A stretch of DNA of 64,000 bases, from contig OZ199839.1 in assembly GCA_964304625.1 (NCBI GenBank), forward strand, positions 3,212,524 through 3,276,523, read 5' to 3'. Each line of letters starts with the position of its first letter. Position 1 is the first letter of the stretch. The position numbers and the translations under genes were made by a program. Source of the DNA: Kudoa neothunni (Eukaryota; Animalia; Cnidaria). Below the pieces are notes generated by a model. That model was not told the DNA's origin, searched no databases, and was given only the letters and a program-made list of their open reading frames with translations. This document shows, in pieces, positions 1 through 13,768 of the stretch.

Positions 1-1773
1 CACAAGTGTAATTAAAAGAAATATTAAAATCTTGCTTATCTATATTAGTAGAATTTAAAATTATTAGAATTTTTTTATACGCTTAGTTTCCACAAAATAT
101 ATTCGATAGATATATTTTTTATTAATTTTCCTGGCACAATATTAATAAAAATGTGCATACGATAATATCAACTTTAAATTTTTAATAACTAAATCATATA
201 AAATAATTTTGAATTTATTTTTTTGAATTTTATTTTAAATTAACAATTTTGCTATAATTATGATGTTTATTTTATTTCAATATGCGCAAAAATTAATATA
301 CCGAAAAGCGCCGCTAACCATAAATTTTAATTATAAATTTTCTTTTATACAAATAATTCATCCAATGAAACCATTGAATAATTAGAACTGACGGGAAATA
401 ATCATATGATATTCTCAATTAGCGACTTGACTATTACTATGGTTGATTTATATACGGTGAACGCTGGAATATCCGGAAAAAACTTAAAATTTTTTTAGAT
501 TTTATCGTAACTAGATGTTGATAAATGCTCGATTAACTGCATTCTCGCTATCCGCCAAGAAAACCACTTGATTCATATCCTTTGGATGAACAAACCTTTA
601 TTGTATAAGAGTTTTACTTAATCTCGCCATTTTTGCAATCACACTTGTCTGATTTGCAACGAGCCACGTTATGATTTTCGACTGGTGTACCCGCGCAAAA
701 AGCCAAAAGAAACACCAACTGGATTGAAATAAGTACGAGAGAGACAATTAGTAAATATTAACAAATGTTTAAATAGGGTGAGAGGTTCTAGATTCCAACG
801 TTGTCCGGGTCTTTATTTTGACACTTTGCATCACCGCTTTTGATCTAAAGACGGTTTCTAATATTAACAATACTGAGAGGTATTGGCCCCAAGATTCTTC
901 ACCAAATCGTAGCTACAACGCTAGTGACGTAATCCATGGAGAAACGGGGACCAAATACTCTTTGAGTAAAGAAGGATATGGTTTCCAATTCTTACCTCAA
1001 TGGCTGCAACGGGGATTCCGTTTTGGCGCCAATTCATGGAAGGCTCGAGCTCCAACACTTTTATAAAGATAAGAGATTACGAAATCTGGAGAGGAGTTAT
1101 GTTCCATCAATAAGCTATAATATTGTTGGCAAAATTCATTTGGGGTAGAAATCTACTCCATTTTACTTAGAAGGTTAAAAAGGGTAGATCCTTGAGAAAT
1201 ATTTTCGTAATTGCCGCGATAAATAAAAGTTGTAGTATCTACAATAAAATTCTTGTGAAAGCAGCCAACGAAGATAATTTCAAATTATCTCTTCGAGAAT
1301 TAAAGGAAACTTTCTTTTTATAATAAATCGTTCGTCCAATGTTTATAATGAACTACGTCAGTATTCGCCATTATAAAGGTCTTCAAGGTCTGATTGTTGA
1401 GGAAAATATACTGATAAAATATTTCCCGCTCAATAAATCTTTTCTTAAATATATTAAGAAAATTTATTTCCTGTGTGTGAAAAATTTAATTACGAGAAAA
1501 ACCGTCAAAATGAAACTGACTTTCCACGGGAAATATCGGTGTTTTGATGAGATACCATCTTCACATTGTGATGGATTCTATAGAAAGATCCTATGATGCA
1601 TCACACGTTTTTCTCGATGTGAAGTTATTTTGGAATAAACATTAAATGTATATTAAATCTATTTTTATCATGATTTCTTTCTGCGCATATAAAATAATGA
1701 CTAGTTTGAGTGGAAAATTCTGTATAATAATTTTGCATTCAAGAGTGCTCAATTCCTATTTAAAATAGGTGGA

Positions 1774-1890
1774 GACTATTGACACCGTAAAATTTAATCC
1801 TAAACGACATGTACGCACGCTACATAATGATTTAATTTCTAAGAACCTGCTATATTTAATACCTGGACATTATTTACGGTGCCAATAGTC
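1774..1890. mobile_element. Small MITE / inverted-repeat element
   Basis: GACTATTGACACCGTAAA (1774-1791) is the near-perfect reverse complement of TTTACGGTGCCAATAGTC (1873-1890). Confidence 0.5.
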
Positions 1891-2432
1891 ACTTGCTTTA
1901 GTTAGCTTTAGAGAGAACAAAGTTATTTTTATGAACTTTTTAGTATAAAGTTATAGTAAAAATTTTTATTTAGTGATCTACAGACTCGATCTAACTTGTT
2001 AGTGAGTTTTTCAATCATCCAGATTGACGTATCTTTTTTGATTCACACATTGTTAGGATTCCTCGTGATATTATGCTTTTTGCTTAACGTGTGACTTCAA
2101 TAGCAAAATAAAAATTTCCTTAATTTAACAGATATGGTTTAATTTTTAATATATAATATTTTCCTGTTGGTGTATTTAAGGGGAATGCATTGAGTTAAAT
2201 CTCAGATGGGTGTTTTCACCCGAGAATTGTAAGAGTGAATATCGACATGTATTATATGATCGTGAGGATTTAGTTTAATTTGTCAATTATATTGAAATTG
2301 GTATAATTAGAAATAATAATGAGGTATTATTGATTCACACATAAACATATTATTTAATTTTCTATTAGCACCACGACGTAAATCAATTCAGTGAGCAACT
2401 TGATATATTGGATAATTATTATCGATAAGATA

Positions 2433-5081
2433 ATGTTACTTTTTTCGTTAGTAACTACACTAGTAATTTTTGTTCCTGGTAACGTTTCTATATTAATTAA
2501 AAATAGTTTTTTAATCTATCCCAACAAAATTTTTCAGATATTTATGCAAATATATCTGTAAGACGTTGCAATATTAATCACACGTATAAACCTAGCTTGA
2601 ATGTATTGGATGTTTGGTTGGAGCTTACACAACCATTAAAATACGTTGAAATTGGTTGGAAGTTAGTTGACTCATTGGAAGGAACCACCGTTCGATTATC
2701 TAGGAAAAGTCTGATAAAATGTGACACTGACAATATATGTGGCATGTCGATTTACGACGTGAACAGGCTGAGATCATATTTTTTGTTTGTTGATACAGAG
2801 GTTTGTGTATCATATGGAGCGTTGAAAATATATCGACGTGAGTTTAGTTTTGTAAATTGCGTCGAAATGAAAATTACAATATTTTAGAACCTGAAAATAA
2901 TGTTATCGATTATACAATTAACGGAGAATCGAGAATAATTTTCAAAAGTGATTTATTTAATCACAAAAAATATATTTGTCACATTTTAATCAAAAATATT
3001 GTCTATCAATCTAATACTGAAACCAAATCTGAATCGATTTATGGTTATTGTGACGAACCATCATACCAAATTCCACCTAATGCCATTACAATTAATTTAT
3101 CAGTTCAAATGATGGATATGATTTATCCAACCGATTTAGTTATAAAAAGTGATACATAAACTCTTTTTAAGATTAATGATAATTTTTAGCCAATCATTTC
3201 AAGGAAAACTCACTTGTGTTTGATACAAAACCCACAGGAGAATTTCATATAATTTTGAATGGATTAGAAATTGAGCAAAATAACTTGTATATGATTGAAA
3301 ATTACTTTACTGATCCAAAAGAACTTTATATGACTACAGAAGAAACTTTATGCTCTAAACAACCAGTTGAAGGTGATAAAATAAAGTTTACGTGCAGATC
3401 ACCTCATGGTGACTTTCTTAATTTCAAATTGGAGAACGAAAACAGCAAAACTAATTTAATGCGTTCTACAAAATTTAGTATAGAAGCTTTTTTGTTTTTG
3501 TGTATAATAATATATTTTATAGTCGATAAGAGTCAATTTTTTAATGTGATAGAAGAATTTCATCGCTTTAAAATTGTTGCCAATAGTGGCACGACCATGC
3601 AGCAAGTAGAATATGTGTTGGATGAGTTATCCGACAACAAATTGGTACGTAGATTCATTTGTAGAATAAAAAATAAAAGTGGATGTGTTGGATTGTTCAT
3701 CGACAATATGATCATTTTTGAAAAAGATTTCCTCAAGTCATATAAACTGCTCTTGTCGTATGGAAGCTCCCATTGGGAAGTAACTTCCGAATGGAACTCA
3801 TCACTGTTTAAGGTTCATTATGCTGTTGAAAAAAATAAAATGACTATTTGGTCAAATATACCTGAAGATTATCAAATCAGTTGTGTGTACACATTGGTGA
3901 GGGTTGACACTTTCTTGGATGGTTATAATAACGCTGGAACATACGACACGTACGGATCTTTATCGCATGATGGCTATAAATCGTGCAACAACTATACAAT
4001 CGATCTCTCCACGACTACGCCGAATTCGTTGCACATATATATCCCCCAAATGAATTATCTTTACACTATTAGAAATCTTTATGAAAAATTAAATTTTAAT
4101 GTGGTGAGAAGTCAAGAGGGTATAAAAATAAATACCAACTTCAACGATGAATATTGGTCTTACAAGTTTGTCAATAATGAGGAGATTCTAAATATGGAAT
4201 ATATGAATCGGAATAAAATGGTAACGGCTGATACATACGTCAAATGTGATTCAAAAATTTCACTCCCTGAACCTGATATCGCCCCTACTGGACTATATCT
4301 TAAATTGGCGGTTCCTGGCAATATTTTCTATGTTGATTTATTCTACAGTATTTGATTTGGTTTTAGTGATCTGAATATTAAATTTCTTACTCATTATAAA
4401 ATTAGACGATGAGAAACTAGATGCCAGTATTGATGATTCTACACCTAACATATTCAGTATCAATATCCAACTCCCTCTAGATAAAGATCTCATAAAGCAT
4501 ATCGTAGTATATCAGATTGATGGAGATAGACAAAAATCGCCTTATATATGTTTCAGATGTGAAAATGATTGTTCGGACAACCTAAAGATAGAAAATAATG
4601 TTGGCGTATTAAGCATAGGTTTGATATTTGCAAGAACTGTTTATCTAGAGATACTATTGAAGAATGATAGGACAATGAATAAAGTGCTCCACTTACGTAT
4701 GAGAATATAAGCGTTTATTATATTTGTATGGTTGGATAATTTAGCCGATATTCGTGTTAACTATGATCTCAGATGGTCTGATGATGCTTTTGATATATTG
4801 CCAATGAAAAACGTTAACCAGTATGAGTACTGCGATTTCATTATTAGCTCCAACGAGAAATCTAATAAAGATAGAAAAACTAAATTATTATATGTTGATA
4901 AATGCAACAAAAAAGTTAGGACGCTTCGAGGACTGTATGATGAAAATCACATCTCAGTGTACAACAGAATGCGACTGCTTTTCAAAACTTCCTTCAACAT
5001 ATGTATGCAATAATTATATTACTGCGATTAAACTAAGACTTAACTATTCGGGATTATTATTCTACTAATAAGTTTATATAA
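2433..5081 (+). CDS. Multi-exon secreted protein (roughly 770 aa) built of ~95-aa beta-rich modules; no TM segment seen
   Basis: ATG 2433 opens the signal-peptide-like MLLFSLVTTLVIFVP. Manual splicing at GT-AG phase-1 introns (exons ~2433-2478, 2538-2838, 2888-3148, 3190-3478, 3523-4348, 4406-4696, 4745-5002, 5038-5081) joins ORFs 2597, 2857, 3216 and 4732 in frame. AATAAA at ~5112. Confidence 0.7.
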
Positions 5082-5219
5082 CAGCATAACAAATGGATTC
5101 AATCCCCCCAAAATAAAGGTTTATCTATGATTCTTAGGTAAAAGCGTAAATCAATCTACAAATTTCAAAAATTTACATATATATCAATTTTAATAGAAAA
5201 TCGGTTGGGCATTGATTGC

Positions 5220-6338
5220 TAGGGGTTAAGACGGTTCGGTTTCGGTTCAACATTTCGGGTTTGTAATTAATTTTTCCAATTATCGATGTCAATTTTTTTT
5301 CATGAAAAAAATATGTAAAAATGTGATTGGTCGAAATTTTATTTTAATCGTTCTTTGTTTAAAAATACTCTTTAAATCCAAATTTTGAATTATTGTACAA
5401 TAGAATTAAATTATATATTAGTTTTTATTGTTTTAATTAATTTTATTATTTAATGTTGTTTGTTATTACCTCTAAAAACGATTATAAATATTTTAATATT
5501 AAATTCTTTAAAACGCACTATGAAAAATTCTATAGTTCAAATTTCAATTTAGTTATTTCTATTTTCATAAATGAACACAATAGTTTCAAGTTTCGAGTGG
5601 CTCAATTTTGTTCTCAACGGGGAAATAGCACGGTTGCATAAGGTAAACATCTGTCTGCGTCAATGCTCGTAGGTCTAACGTTAGAAAGAGTTTTACAAAC
5701 CCTTTCTAAATGATCTGGCATCACACCGTGATTAATAAGATTGGTAATTTCGTTAAATGCTAACAATATTTTGTTTTGTTTGGTCTGGGAAGGTGATTTA
5801 TCAAATTGTCTAAATTTATCTCAGATTCGGAAGGTTTATAATTTTGGATTTGATCATTCAGTTCAATGAAATTAACTGCGTCTTCTAGCTCCAAATTTAT
5901 TATCTTTTGTAGAAAATATTCTTTATACAACTGTTTAAATCGATTCTTAAAAATATAAATATATCGGACCAAACGGTGCGTAGTTCAAAGAAGCATTTGA
6001 TAAATTTCATTTTTAAAATTTCTGAAATGGATCCATCAATATATGAGAAGTCCTCGATTGTATCAGTGAGTATGAGTCACATTCATTACATTTTGCTCTT
6101 TTATTAGAAAGACTAACAAAATAGCCCCAAATACCTGATACAATTCCTGTAATACTAAATACAAAATTTATTCCCTGTTAAAACACGTCATTCAAAAATA
6201 TTTATTGCCCTTTTTCTATTTTAAAACCGCGTTTACTTATTTAAGACTGTAAGAATTAATAATAAAAGCTAATTTCTATTAATTAAAAAATAAATTTTCA
6301 AAACCGACTGTTAAACACCTAACCGATCTTAACCCCTA
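5220..6338 (-). mobile_element. Internally deleted hAT DNA transposon
   Basis: TIRs TAGGGGTTAAGACGGTT / AACCGATCTTAACCCCTA; 8-bp imperfect TSD TTGATTGC / TTGGTTAC. Minus strand ~5560-5690 encodes frameshifted LSNVRPTSIDAxRxFTLCNRAISPLRTKLSHSKLETIVFIYEN, resembling the hAT C-terminal dimerisation motif. Confidence 0.85.
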
Positions 6339-6463
6339 TTGGTTACTTGATAACAAAATCGAAAAATCACGATATGTAGTTTTATGAAACAATTCTTACA
6401 CTGTTTACACGTTTTCAAATAAAAAGCACATATTTGTAGAGATATACGAAGCATTATCCTTTA

Positions 6464-7458
6464 TCCATTATATATATAAAACTGAGTTGTCCGCAGGGGT
6501 GTGATCCCTAAGTACGCATGAACGGAAAAAGTTTTTACATATAGATAAATATCTATGTAACTGTTAATAGTTTAAGGTAATTTAAAAATTATCTCAATTG
6601 TTATCACACTGACAAAAATTCAAAATTAATGTAGGAAATTGTGTTGTCCTCGACGCTAGGTTTCTTAAGCGGATTACGTAGTTTCAATAATAGGATTATA
6701 TCTATCGATTCATGGCGACATTTGTCTATACTGCACTTCTGCGAGTTGTTTTGAACGTTCTTAATGGTTCACTCTTAAACTATATATCCACGAGTTCATG
6801 ATAAATTATATATCGTTTATCTATCTGTATATTTAAAGTAGATGTATCCACTTGGATGTGTGCTTAAATACATTCCGTATTTTTTGAGCTTTTAATATAT
6901 TTGGCTTTATTAGTACACTTTAAAAGTATTATAGGTGGCATTTAATATAGCAAAAATATGAAAATTTTCTAAATTAATGAAGAATTACAAACGTATGTTG
7001 TAATCGGATGGATTCAATCCTTACATATTGAAACTAGGTTCCCGAATTTCATTATAACGACTGTTAGACTTAATTTTGAACGATCCAATTTAATATATAG
7101 ATTGAAATCTTACTTTATCCAGTTATTTAAATATTTTTGTTCAAATTAAGAGGCTATACAGCGGTTTTGAGGAAAGAGTGTATATAAATGTGTCGGATAG
7201 AGATATTAATTTGAGCAATATAAACTAATCATCGTAAGTTATTATCGAGTTATTCAGGTTTTTCCACTGAATAATCTCTTCAAAATGATCTCAGTTTTTT
7301 ACTGTGCCCATCACAGTCGTTAAAAGTATGATATTTAAAAAAATGTACTCAATTTCTCCTATGAGCTAATCAAGAGTCTTAATTTCTTTATTTTTTGACC
7401 GTAAATATCTATGATGAAATATTCCCAATCCCGTACGAAGCTGGGCTGTTCGCGCTAA
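6464..7458 (+). mobile_element. Non-autonomous Helitron-like element
   Basis: Begins A|TC(C)ATTATATATATAAAA. Ends with a GC-rich imperfect hairpin CCCGTACGAAGCTGGG followed by TTCGCGCTAA|T (CTRR-type end). Related 3' ends recur at ~7670 (-), ~47250-47275 (+) and ~55725-55750 (-). Confidence 0.55.
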
Positions 7459-8114
7459 TATTTAATAAGCAATACAAATAAAATCCCTAAAATTATAATT
7501 TTTATACGGTTATAAAAATATAAATAAATAGAAAAAAATATAACTGTTATACTATTAATTTAATAATTATTCAAATAAATAATACTTCTCGGATATTTAC
7601 ATAGTCAAAAGTATACACTGGGTAATCGATGATATGCAATTTAATTAATAAAATATATTATAGTTTATACTAGCGCTAATTCTCAGCTTTGCCAGGCACT
7701 ATATGATGGAAAATTTTAACATTTAGTTTTATTTTTGAATGGAGAAATTCTACGTAATATTCAATTAAATTAGCGCGCTAAACCCTGTAAATTTTATTGT
7801 TCTATTTTAAGTGTTGTTTTTTATAGCTTGTCATTATTTTTGCAATGTGATGATTTTGGTAAATGAATTTATGCGCGCATTTTCCATTCAAATATAAAGA
7901 GGTATTGGGAGAAATTAATGAGTATTTTTAAGTTTATTTTACAAATTAGTGACAAAAAATATAATGGCCATAATTTAATGGGAAATGTAATTAACGATTA
8001 CAGTTTAGTTATTTATTAAAAAACGTCATTAAATAGCTTAAATAGTACATTCAGTTCTTTGCAAAATTTTGCGATAAAAATTAATCCTCTGATTACAAAA
8101 TTTATTATGATGGT

Positions 8115-9962
8115 GACTATTCGCATTCCCGCGCTGCATGCGCGGAGGATAAAAGCATTGCCTCTATTCGTGCTTTTTCTCTTGTATTAGTTGTTGCAGA
8201 AAAACGCTAATAGCCAAAAACGATAAATAATGTTTTTCGAACCATGAATATAATGATAAAAATATTTTTTTCTACCTTTTAATAATCAACGCAGTTTTTT
8301 AATTGTTTTAGTCCTCCTTTTACTTTAATGGAACGAAAATTGAAATTATATGAGCTAGAATTCTTTCCATTTGGTTGATTTATGGAAAATGTGGTTTTAG
8401 TCCCGTATTAATCTTTTAAATTTTGTAGGCTCTTGTATAATTCGTTGCATTGACTACCACCAAGTGTATTTAATTGATCCAATAATTCAGAACATAACTG
8501 TTTCTTGATTTTAAATGTATATTGGTCGGTAAAACATTCAAGGCAATATTTTGCGAATCAATATCGGGGGAGTTTATAGTTGTTGAAAAATTGTACAATC
8601 ACACTTGTATATATTATTTAGAAACGTAACCATTGCTGAATAAGATATAATGTGAACAAAGAACATGTTTTTTAAATTCCAAATTGACATTAATTTCATA
8701 TTTTGAGTCTCTAATTTGATTTTATCAATAGTAAAACTGTCAAACTTTTATTATTACCTTAATATCATCAATTTTGTGCTTCATAAGAATCAGATCATTT
8801 TTTTAAAATCATCACCATGGATGGTCTCACAGTAATTGAGTGTTGAATTGACTTGGTGAATTGACGAAGATTTGGACATAAATTTTTTATCTTGTCATGC
8901 TCTTGTTCAGTCCTGTTATTGGTATTTGAACCAAATGTCAGAGCATCAAGAAGATGAAAATCAGCCCAAATATTTTTAAGATTAATCAAGTTTTTCCCCA
9001 AATATTTTGAAAATACATTGGATTGGTCGAATATATTTCATTCAAGTTGAAGTAAAATGAGTCAGCGCTTTCAGAATATATTAAATTTTTTATCAGATTT
9101 TTTTTAAATTATCAGTTGTCTTTTTTTGTTTACAAGGTAAAGCCCCTGGCGCAACTTATTAGGTTGTGGAATTCTGGTTGGTCAGACCTCTTCCATTAAC
9201 GCTTTAGGCACCGCAGGACGTAACATGAAACCCCGTCGCTTATTAAAATGCGGTAGTGTGAGACTTTAACCCGCTAAACATCCTCGTCTCAGGGCGACCA
9301 CCATCCCAAACCCTATCCCTTTAAGGACGTTGGCTCTGCGGGAACTGCAAATCACTTTGCCTTTCGATGGGTTCCGGAGATTCAAACGCCTATTCGCATT
9401 CGCGCTCACCTCACTTTATGCAAATCTGGCTGTCAGTGCACCCCACTCCACAGCGAGCGTACACGTTAACCATAGCTCCCAAATATGGGATAGAGACTCG
9501 CCGACAAGGAAGCAGTAGTCTGACCATCGGCGGATTCGAACGCATTATCTCAAGGTTCTGAGTCCGAGAGTCACACCGATGTGCTATCTGTCCTCAGCTA
9601 CTTTTATATTATCAAATTAACAGAATCGTTTGTTGAATAAATCGTGGCCGTCTGAACTCATAACTCGCAAAACTAATATGCCGCATTAAAGATATATTCA
9701 CATAAACTTTTCATGTAATTATTATCTAACTATTTTTTATTTCTAATACGTAAAAGTTGGCATAAAATTGTTCTATGGATTAAATGACTGTAATTTTTAC
9801 GATAGATAATAATTGACGTATAGTTTCAAAAATCAACTAGAAAAATATTATTTGGCTTTGGGGCTAGTATTAATTGTTTTAAATAACTAATTTAAGAGTA
9901 AAAGCACATATAGAGGTAATGCTTTAATCCTCACTGCATACACCGAGGGAATGCAAATAGAC
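8115..9962 (-). mobile_element. Decayed Mutator-like (MULE) transposon with long TIRs
   Basis: About 120-bp imperfect inverted repeats (GACTATTCGCATTCCC... at 8115 vs ...GGGAATGCAAATAGAC at 9962). Minus ORF 8795-9001 contains GSNTNNRTEQEHDKIK, resembling the MULE TNNxxExxHxxIK motif. A SINE is nested inside. Confidence 0.7.
9121..9600 (-). mobile_element. tRNA-derived SINE, family A, full-length copy 1
   Basis: Minus strand starts GGACAGATAGCACATCGG...GTTCGAATCCGCC (Pol III A and B boxes) and ends in an A-rich tail. Clearly homologous to the copies at 19019 and 42168. Imperfect flanking repeat TTTTAAATTATCA / TTTTATATTATCA. Confidence 0.85.
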
Positions 9963-10224
9963 ATTATCATTTTATTAGCTGGTGTGGCAAGACCTATCCA
10001 ACTATGTCATCTCGACCCTTGAATTTGTATTTTTAAATCAAGAAAATTCAAAATAAATTATTTTATAACATTGTTTTATACATGGTAAAATGCATGTTAA
10101 CAACGAATACTTTTCGACATTATTCTTTCTCGTAATCCGTTAACTTATTATATTTATATATTTCATTATTTTAATTTTTTTCTATATTTATACAAGTAGA
10201 TATCTAAATTAATAATTAACTTAG

Positions 10225-12069
10225 TGAAGGATGAAATAATTACTGGGATTCGCTATCATGATAATAAGATATACATACGTAACAAATACCAAGATAGAAA
10301 AAATGTCAGATGCAAAATTAACATTCAAACTACCCAGAAGATTGAGTAAACAATAATCAATCAATATTTTATGATTTATATTGATTTATTTAGGGACAAT
10401 CCGTCATGTGATAATGTAACGATTCCTATTGGTAATTACAAACTTTATACATTAGGAATATCAGCCAATGAAAATGAACAAACGTACCATATTGTTCCAT
10501 GTAGTTATATAGAATCATAGTCACAAATTTAATCTCATATAGTTCCGTTTCCTTTTATTTATGGTTACGAATTGGAAAATTCAAATTTAAAACGTTATCA
10601 TCAGAATTCCCCCATATATAGATTCGATTGTTATTCTATCAGAGGATATTATGAAAAAACGCAACTTGAACTAGTGCGAAAAACAACTAATATACCTTTG
10701 AATAATAAAAAAGATTGCGACCACATCAGCGACTATGTTAGTCTATCATTTGCAACACATGGCAAGGTGGATTGTATTCTTTTGAAATTAGAAAAAGATC
10801 AGGAAAACACATTGGTTATTTTATGTATTTACTTAGGAATGTGTTGTAGTAATGCAGTTGTTGTTAGACCCAACGGAAAAAGATTTTATATTAAAATCTT
10901 TAGACGGTTATGTTTACTATGAGAATGTATACATTAAACGGAACACAAACTCTGTAACCCATAAATGGTACACCAAAAGAGAAGATGGTGTAATCACAGA
11001 GGTTGATCCATCGAAATTAAAGACAATCACCATGAGGAACGTGAATTATATCGCCCTTAAACCCGAACTGAATACCGATTATCAAGTGACCGTATCAAAC
11101 AATGGAATGGTTCAGTTTATACTCCACTTTTACCCCGAGAAAGAATTTGTAAGTTGTTAATACCTTTATGTGATGAATATTTTAGATTTTATCATTAAAA
11201 ATTTTAGATTAAACTTAATTCTGATTAACAATACTGCTACGTATGTAATTAATAAATTTTGTCCTTCATGTAAAATTAATTGTAAGTAAATATCTAATAA
11301 TTTTATTATTAATTAAAAAATTTTAATTATTTTTTACACCCATATCAAAATCATAAACAATTACAACAATTAGGATGGCATTACGGTCACCACAATTGAA
11401 CAAGATAAGTTCACATCTCAAATCAATATCATCTGCAATAGCTCAAATCAGTGCTCGACCAAATATATTAAATACTTAAAGTTTAAAAATGGACGCTTTC
11501 AAGAAAATATTGAGCTAAACAAAAACTTTCATTGCAAAAACGGCGCTCATCTCACCATAACGAAAAACGTCTGTCCTATCACCTACTTCGTCCATCCAAA
11601 TGAGATAATACGACTTTGTTTGGTAGAGAATGAAGCGACAGTTTCGTGCCAAATATACAAATCTAGTAATTGCTATACTCAATTGTTTGATTTATGACTG
11701 ACATTATTTATCGATTTTAAGAACATCAAATGAAATTCTTCCGATCGGTTTATTTTGGAAAAAATAAACGAGAATTTGAAATCACGTCAGACTCCGATGA
11801 TAAAACCACTTGCATCTGCACTGCTATTAATGGTCGTGAAAGAAGCCAATTATGGGATCCTTTCCAATGCAAACCGTTGCAAAAAGATTTCGATTTAGGC
11901 TGTGATGAAATAAAAACACACACCGAAATAAAAGATGGAGAGATGATTGTCAACATAGAAAACAAGGCTGAGTTTAATGGAAAGATACAACAGATCATGC
12001 CTTCAAGTTATCAAAGTAAATTCCTTTACATTTTCACTGGCATTACGCATTACAGTCGCACCAGTGTAA
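10225..12069 (+). CDS. Multi-exon extracellular-type protein of beta-rich Cys-pair modules; 5' end not found
   Basis: Open exons ~10225-10345, 10394-10500, 10543-10814, 10858-11148, 11374-11665, 11722-12015 and a short last exon ending TAA 12069, joined by GT-AG introns. AATAAA at ~12140. Contains IICNSSNQCSTK, similar to the module motif in neighbouring genes. Confidence 0.6.
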
Positions 12070-12651
12070 GGTGTGAGAGCAAGTACAGTAGGTAGCCAAT
12101 TTTTCTCAATTCTTTGAAAACAATACATACCTTCAAAATAATAAATGAGCTGTATTTTTGTTTTTATTTTAAAATAGTATCTTATTACTATAATGTCATT
12201 GGAATTAAAATAAGGTTAAAAATAGCCAAAATCAAAATCACATGATTAACCAGTTTTTCGTAGTTTGTTTGGGCGGGTATTGTCTAACCTTTCGAGCACC
12301 TCAAAATCGACTATACATTCGTTGTTTTTTCAATGTGTGACTAAATTTGGTCTAAAATTAGGGCATAATGATTAATACAACAAAATATCCGTCCTTTATG
12401 AGGAGACGAAAATTAATTCTATACTGCAATTTAAAAGTCTATAAATTAACATACGCAATGCAATTTTAAAATACAATAATGAGTTATATTAGAACCTCCA
12501 ATATACGTAGGTTAGAACTGTCAACAAATTCAATTATTAGACATCTGGTTTCTGGATCACCACATTAATGATAGGATTCGATTAAATGAAAGAGACCTAA
12601 CAAAACAAGGATTGCAAACATGTCTCTCGCAAGCCGCATGAGGTCCTTTAA

Positions 12652-13768
12652 CCCTCCCGGGATGGCGCGCGAAAAAATCACATGCGTTCCGGTGTGGGAT
12701 GGGGTTCCGCGATACCTCATAAGTTCTCTATTATAATAAATTTATTGCGCAATGTAATGAAAATCACAACAAATAAAAGTTTGTGAATATCTTATTGAAT
12801 CACTTGAAATTTAATTAAACGTAAATTTTTCCGGAAAAATCTAAAAAATCCGTTAAACATTAAGATAGAAAATATGACGAAAAATTTTTTAAACTATTTA
12901 TAGATGAGTTTATACAAGCACCAGGCATTAGCCCTTCTGAGTCCACATGCCCCGAATGTTTCGGCAATCCCAAAAATGTATCAAACGTCTTTTGTGTACT
13001 GTTGTCGTTCTCATTGTTTAAATCTGAATAATATATTTTCATTGATTTCTTCAATTAAGAAGAATCTACTAAAGGACCTGCCTTAGTAGTAACAAAATTG
13101 AATGGTTTAGTTCGGTCCCTGACTTTATCACAAAAATCTCACCTAAACCCAGATTTCAATGTTCATGCATCATTCGATTTAGACTTTTCACCGCAATCAT
13201 ACTTAGATCCCGAATCACATAAAGATTCCAACGTATCATTTCACCATGACGCATCCTACACTGAGTCTTTAAACTCCATCTCACTACCCACCACTTCACT
13301 CTCGTTAATATCAATCGTTAAGTTATCCGATTCATCCTTACGACGCATAACTCAATAAAATATTACTTAAATTATCGTAATATAAATTCTTCTTGTGTTA
13401 CTATTGAGTAAAACCATTTGATATTAACACTGATCCTCTTAAGTCTCATGATCACTCAGTGAAATTTAAAAACAACACAAAATTTGGAAATATATTACAT
13501 ATGTAACATAATAATGTCATACTAAATATATTTACTCATGTTCACGAATATTCTTTACACCTTACTCAATTGGATGGATTCTAAACCATTTATATTGTGC
13601 ATCCCACTAAAAAACGCATTTTCCAAAACATCCGTGTATTAAAAACTTTAACTAATACTATAAATCAATTATAAATCTCACACTTGAAGATTAGTTGAGC
13701 CCTTTAACGTGTCACATTGTCATTTATGGTGCAAAACTAAAAATAATCTGAAATGGGGTTCGGGAGGA
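12652..13768 (-). mobile_element. Non-autonomous piggyBac-type element inserted next to a hAT/Charlie-like terminus
   Basis: TTAA|CCCTCCCG ... CGGGAGGA|TTAA. Minus strand carries a degenerate acidic stretch like a piggyBac N-terminus. The left flank CAAGGATTGCAAACATG...GCCGCATGAGGTCCT resembles Charlie-type ends. Confidence 0.65.

Noticed and set aside
480-1600. Coding-like fragments (ORFs 818-1066, 1339-1596 and minus-strand Cys-containing pieces)
   Set aside because: No recognisable motif or consistent splice model.
9330-9561. ORFs 9330-9518, 9367-9561, 19237-19425, 19299-19490 and 42053-42256
   Set aside because: They lie within SINE copies and are chance frames in more GC-rich non-coding repeat.
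9525-9595. tRNA gene candidates (also ~19392-19460 and 47160-47234)
   Set aside because: The stems are imperfect and each is fused to a SINE body and tail, so they were annotated as SINE heads.
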